Shown here one piece after another: positions 60,123 to 64,000 of a stretch of DNA of 64,000 nt (position 1 is the stretch's first letter; each line of letters opens with the position of its first letter). Both the position numbers and the translations under genes were made by a program. Under the pieces are notes generated by a model. The model did no database searches. It saw only the letters and a program-made list of their open reading frames with translations, and was not told the DNA's origin. The stretch comes from Carcharhinus longimanus (Eukaryota), in the NCBI GenBank assembly GCA_030264375.1, contig JASCQW010000190.1, positions 82,045,105-82,109,104 of the forward strand. The letters are read 5' to 3'.

Positions 60123-60964
60123 TCATGCTCTAGAACCTCGTAATGTAAACAGAAATACATTGATCTATCGCACTAGGAAAAGAGAAATAACAGACTCATT
60201 CACGAACGTAACCTCCTTTCCCATCAAGCTACATTCTCGCTGAAGATCTGTGTGCAAAACACCAAATCAGACCACTGGCGGAGTTCCTGTTTGTTTTCAA
60301 CATCCTCACTTCAAGAAACTGGGGCATGGCTAAAGTTAGAATTCAGTAAAGTCAGTGTTCAGGACAATGAATTGTAAAATACCCAGGAAAAAGACCACAC
60401 ATCATTCCTGAATTTGTGTTGAGTTCCATTAGAACTAAATAGAAAGCCAAGGATTGTAAAGTTGGAACAGAAATGGGAGATAGCTGCATAATTGGAGTTG
60501 TGGACAGAAAAGACGGTATCAATTTTAACCTACATTGATAAATGGAAGAAACCATAATGTTACGAGACCATTGCCTCCTCTTAGTGAAGTTCCTAACATT
60601 TTAATCTGTATTAAAGCTTTGTGAAAAAAATGATGAATTCCAATGACTGGGGGAAAAAAAAATCAGATACTTAAAGCTGATTCTGTGGTCATGAAAGGTC
60701 ACAATGTGCCAACCTCATATCGATGGCTGCAGAATGAGGTGGACCTTAATTATCTATTACTTTTGTTATGTTCTATGNNNNNNNNNNNNNNNNNNNNNNN
60801 NTCAATACTTAATAACAAAAGTCTTTTTATGTAAATCTGGTATTATGCCCCAATTTGCGATTAATAAATGCAAATACCTTTTAGGTGCCTCTTTCATTCC
60901 GGGCAAATTGGAAGTTTGTGTGTCCTATAACTCAATTCAGCCTTATAACTGAGGGTGTCCTTTG

Positions 60965-61460
60965 TCTGTGCTGACACCTGATTGACTCTCCACAGGTGGG
61001 AAAAGGACATCTTTCCAGCACTGGTATTCACCCCGTGGCAGGTGGGAGACTTGCCATTGGAGGAGCCCAAAAAAAATCCTGTTTGGGTTTGATGCCAAAT
61101 TAGTTCCTGATTGAGAGACCCAACACTGAGAAGTGGTGCTCAGGGAGGGGATTTGGCAGGTGTTTGGATAGGTACCCATTGAGACCCAACTCCTGTCTTT
61201 GTTGCTAACACCTGTCCCCTTCCTGCCTACCATGTGACCCTCACCTCTTGACCCCCACCCCATGACTCCCTCTGTGGTCTATGTTCCCTCAGCTATCTTA
61301 CCCTTGAGTATTACCAGCAGCTGAGCAATGCTGGTCTCTGATTGGCGGCTGTCGGTGAGGGAGGGATTTCTGTCCTCAAGGTATTGATCCTGAGGAAAAT
61401 CCATCAGTTCCCAGTTAAATACCTGCAAGCTTTGCCAAAATAAGGCAATTTGGGCCTCTC
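60965..61460. mobile_element. Decayed MITE-like element
   Basis: CTCTGATTGGC core and GC-rich body similar to 16995-17860. Confidence 0.35.
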
Positions 61461-62149
61461 AGTGGCTCGCTTTAACCAATGGACAATACCCCACTTGCCT
61501 TCATTTGAGTCTCTAATTCTTTGTTTATTTTGCTTTTTCTCATATTCCTTCTATGTGTTTTTTAGTTCTTCTAGTTGTTCCTGTGCATTTTTTTCCATTC
61601 CCTTTGTCTGTGAGCATATTTTTTTATTGTAAATATCTTTATCTTATTCTTTTTCTGTCCCATTCTTTCTTTGTCTGTCTTCCATTCTACCTATGTAGCT
61701 TTCTGTATCATTTAAAAATGTGCATTTCTCTCTATTCATCTCTTTCTCTGTTTCTCTCCATCTCATTCTGTGTATTTGCCTCCCTTGACCCAGTTCCTGT
61801 TGTATCAAGTATTACAGTGCTTGTTAATGCCCTGTTCCTGCAAATGTTAATTCCTTCTAACTGAAGATTTCCCACAGTAATTTAAAATGTCCTTCTCTCT
61901 GTAAGGTGCAGATGGGGTTCTGACATTCCATTTATTTTGCAGCTACTCGTTAATGCAATTTTACCAAATTACTCAAATTGAAGATAAGCACAACCAGCTG
62001 AAACATCATTTGATTTAAAGATGTGACAGAAGTACCAATAAAATGATACCTTTCATCTTCTCAGCGAACTCGCACAGAGCACGGCAGTCTTAATGCAATT
62101 TTTTTATGCATTAAAGAACCCAATTTTTTTAAACTACTCTCTTGAATCT

Positions 62150-62550
62150 TCTTGTGGCTCAGTGAATAAAGACACATCCATTGTGGTCATGAGCTATAAG
62201 ACAGGAAGGTGCCAGGTTCAGTTCCAAGTCTGTGCTGGGTTAGCTAGTGGCAGCAAGAAAACCACTTGAAGAATGTTGCAGTTAGCCCTTAGTACCTTGG
62301 ATGAGAGAGGAGAAAAATCTGTGAGGATTTCTGTTCTTACTTTCTATCCAGTGGCTTCTGCTGGATTCTGGATTTGTACATAAAAGACATTTGATGGACG
62401 GCCAGTTCAGGCTTGCCTGTGATATGGATTTCAGCTTTCTGACATCCACTGTACAGAATCAGATGTAAAGAATGGTCAGGCACTGAGTGCCAGCTGATGC
62501 CTATGGATTCATACCATGGGGAAAATCAGCATTGCCTGTTGCCTTAGGAA
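62150..62550 (+). mobile_element. Old tRNA-derived SINE (recurrent family), near full length
   Basis: GTGGCTCAGTG head, CCAGGTTCAGTTCC B-box-like, GTCTGTGCTGGGTTAGCT, CTATCCAGTGGCTTCTGCTGGA, AAGAATGGTCA. Confidence 0.6.
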
Positions 62551-62857
62551 GATTGCTGAAGTGCTTTCCATTCTTGATGTGACATGGACTTCAGTTCAAA
62601 TCTGTTAAAGTGAGCATTGGTTTAATTTCATTATATTTCCACTTTGGGAAAGCTTACCTCTTTAAATAAATGCATTCGCAACATAGCAAGAGAGAAAACA
62701 TTACTACATGCTTGTCACCCTTTACCATGCACATAGTTCTAGACAGCCCTTCAGGACNNNNNNNNNNNNNNNNNNNNNNNNNNNNNNNNNNNNNNNNNNN
62801 NNNNNNNNNNNNNNNNNNNNNNNNNNNNNNNNNNNNNNNNNNNNNNNNNNNNNNNNN

Positions 62858-63405
62858 GGCTGATAAGTCCAATATGTGATCTGCAGATTCAGACACATGT
62901 GGGGCAGGTGATGCTTGACTAGTTGGGTTGATGAGCTGTTTGGAGGTTTGTGCACTCTCTCCGGCACCCCGACTTCACCTCTGCATGTTCATGGTGAAGT
63001 CTCTCGATGTTTCTTTAGTGCATTTCCAGATGGGTCTTCCCATTTTTGGTCAATCACAAGCCACGGATTCCGACAAGTCAAAAAGGATGTTTGACTACCT
63101 CAGGGACACCTTGAGGATATCCCTAATGCATTTCCATTGTTCTTCTGGAAATCTCCTGCCACAATTGACTTGTGAGTAGAGCAGTTGCTTCAGGAGTCTG
63201 GTGTTAGGTATACAAACATCCTGCCCAGGATGCTGGGCAAGTTGGCTTGGCAGAGGATGCTGTAGCTGAAGTGCAGTTCTTGCCACTGAATTTGGTGGAT
63301 CCTGCAAAGTCACTGCTAGTTATATTCTCCAGTATACTCATTGTACTCTTGCCCTGAAGATGTGGCGGCAACTGGCAAGAGAACTGTATACTTGATGGCA
63401 CCATT
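62858..63405 (-). mobile_element. RTE-clade LINE 3' fragment
   Basis: PNTRLLKQLLYSQVNCGRRFPEEQWKCIRDILKVSLR and C-terminal CPTC..CRSHIGLIS, typical of the RTE/BovB ORF end. Confidence 0.85.
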
Positions 63406-63479
63406 AGAAATAAATGGGAATGATATGTTAACTGTCACAGTGATATGGCTGCAAGGTGAACAAGTCTGACATGAGTATT

Positions 63480-64000
63480 TAAAGGTATTTCACATTTCAG
63501 AAGCAGAAAAATAAGAATCGGGTTCCCCATGGACACACAAACCATGCCCCCAGGNNNNNNNNNNNNNNATGGACATGAAGAACCCCCACCAAGGACATGG
63601 CAAATCCCCCCGCAGATATGGGGAACTCCTCCTCCAAACCCACACCACCACAAACATGGTGAATCTCTCTTCCATGGACAGAGGGAATCCCACCATGGAT
63701 CTCTCCATTGGGAGGACAGTCCCCCCAGTAGTGTACCACGGCAGTGCCTAGGTACTGCTCTGGGCAATACCAGGGGATAGTGCGATCCTGGTGGGAACCA
63801 TTTCCTAACATGGGGGGAATAATACAGTGGGAAAGCCCACTAATGAGATATTAATGAGGTTTGGTGATGAGGTTGCTGACCTTTCATGGCAGGAACCCTA
63901 TTACATCATTGACAGGGTATAGGGACACTGGGAACGGGAAATCTTGCTGGTGTAAAATCTATTTGGGCATTCCCATTGTATCCTCTGCCCAAACCCCTAT
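63480..64000. mobile_element. MITE/Harbinger-related non-autonomous element
   Basis: GTGCC/GGCAC short repeats, ACTAATGAGATATTAATGAG and GGGAACGGGAAATCTTGCTGG subterminal motifs like the element at 1-798. Confidence 0.45.

Noticed and set aside
1-64000. CRISPR array, operon or prokaryotic defence system
   Set aside because: No regularly spaced repeat-spacer array and no dense coding. The sequence is vertebrate repeat-rich DNA.

Overview
Eukaryotic, repeat-rich genomic DNA from a cartilaginous fish. The shark assignment is inferred from many HE1-type V-SINEs, HER1/CR1 LINE tails and Deu-type SINEs. The assembly is a draft with 16 N-gaps, several with duplicated flanks. I find no convincing host protein-coding exon, tRNA or rRNA gene, or CRISPR array in the 64 kb, so this looks like a large intron or gene desert. 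Every recognisable protein remnant is transposon-derived: two Ty3/Gypsy fossils, Rex1/Babar, CR1, L2 and RTE LINEs, and two PIF/Harbinger fossils (DDE transposase and spliced Myb/SANT gene). Most notable structures: (1) a young Penelope-like inverted-repeat insertion at 49.9-50.1 kb with an 85-bp stem, a 12-bp TSD and a complete minimal hammerhead ribozyme core on the minus strand, plus three decayed hammerheads elsewhere; (2) an H-type pseudoknot-capable segment with partial HDV-ribozyme resemblance at 55.0 kb; (3) unique motif-dense blocks that look like developmental enhancers, above all a posterior HOX/CDX site cluster at 57.4 kb; (4) V-SINEs with two different LINE-derived tails. I did not find evidence of a wholly new biological system. 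Repeat boundaries are approximate, judged by eye, and family names rest on recalled consensus features rather than database searches.
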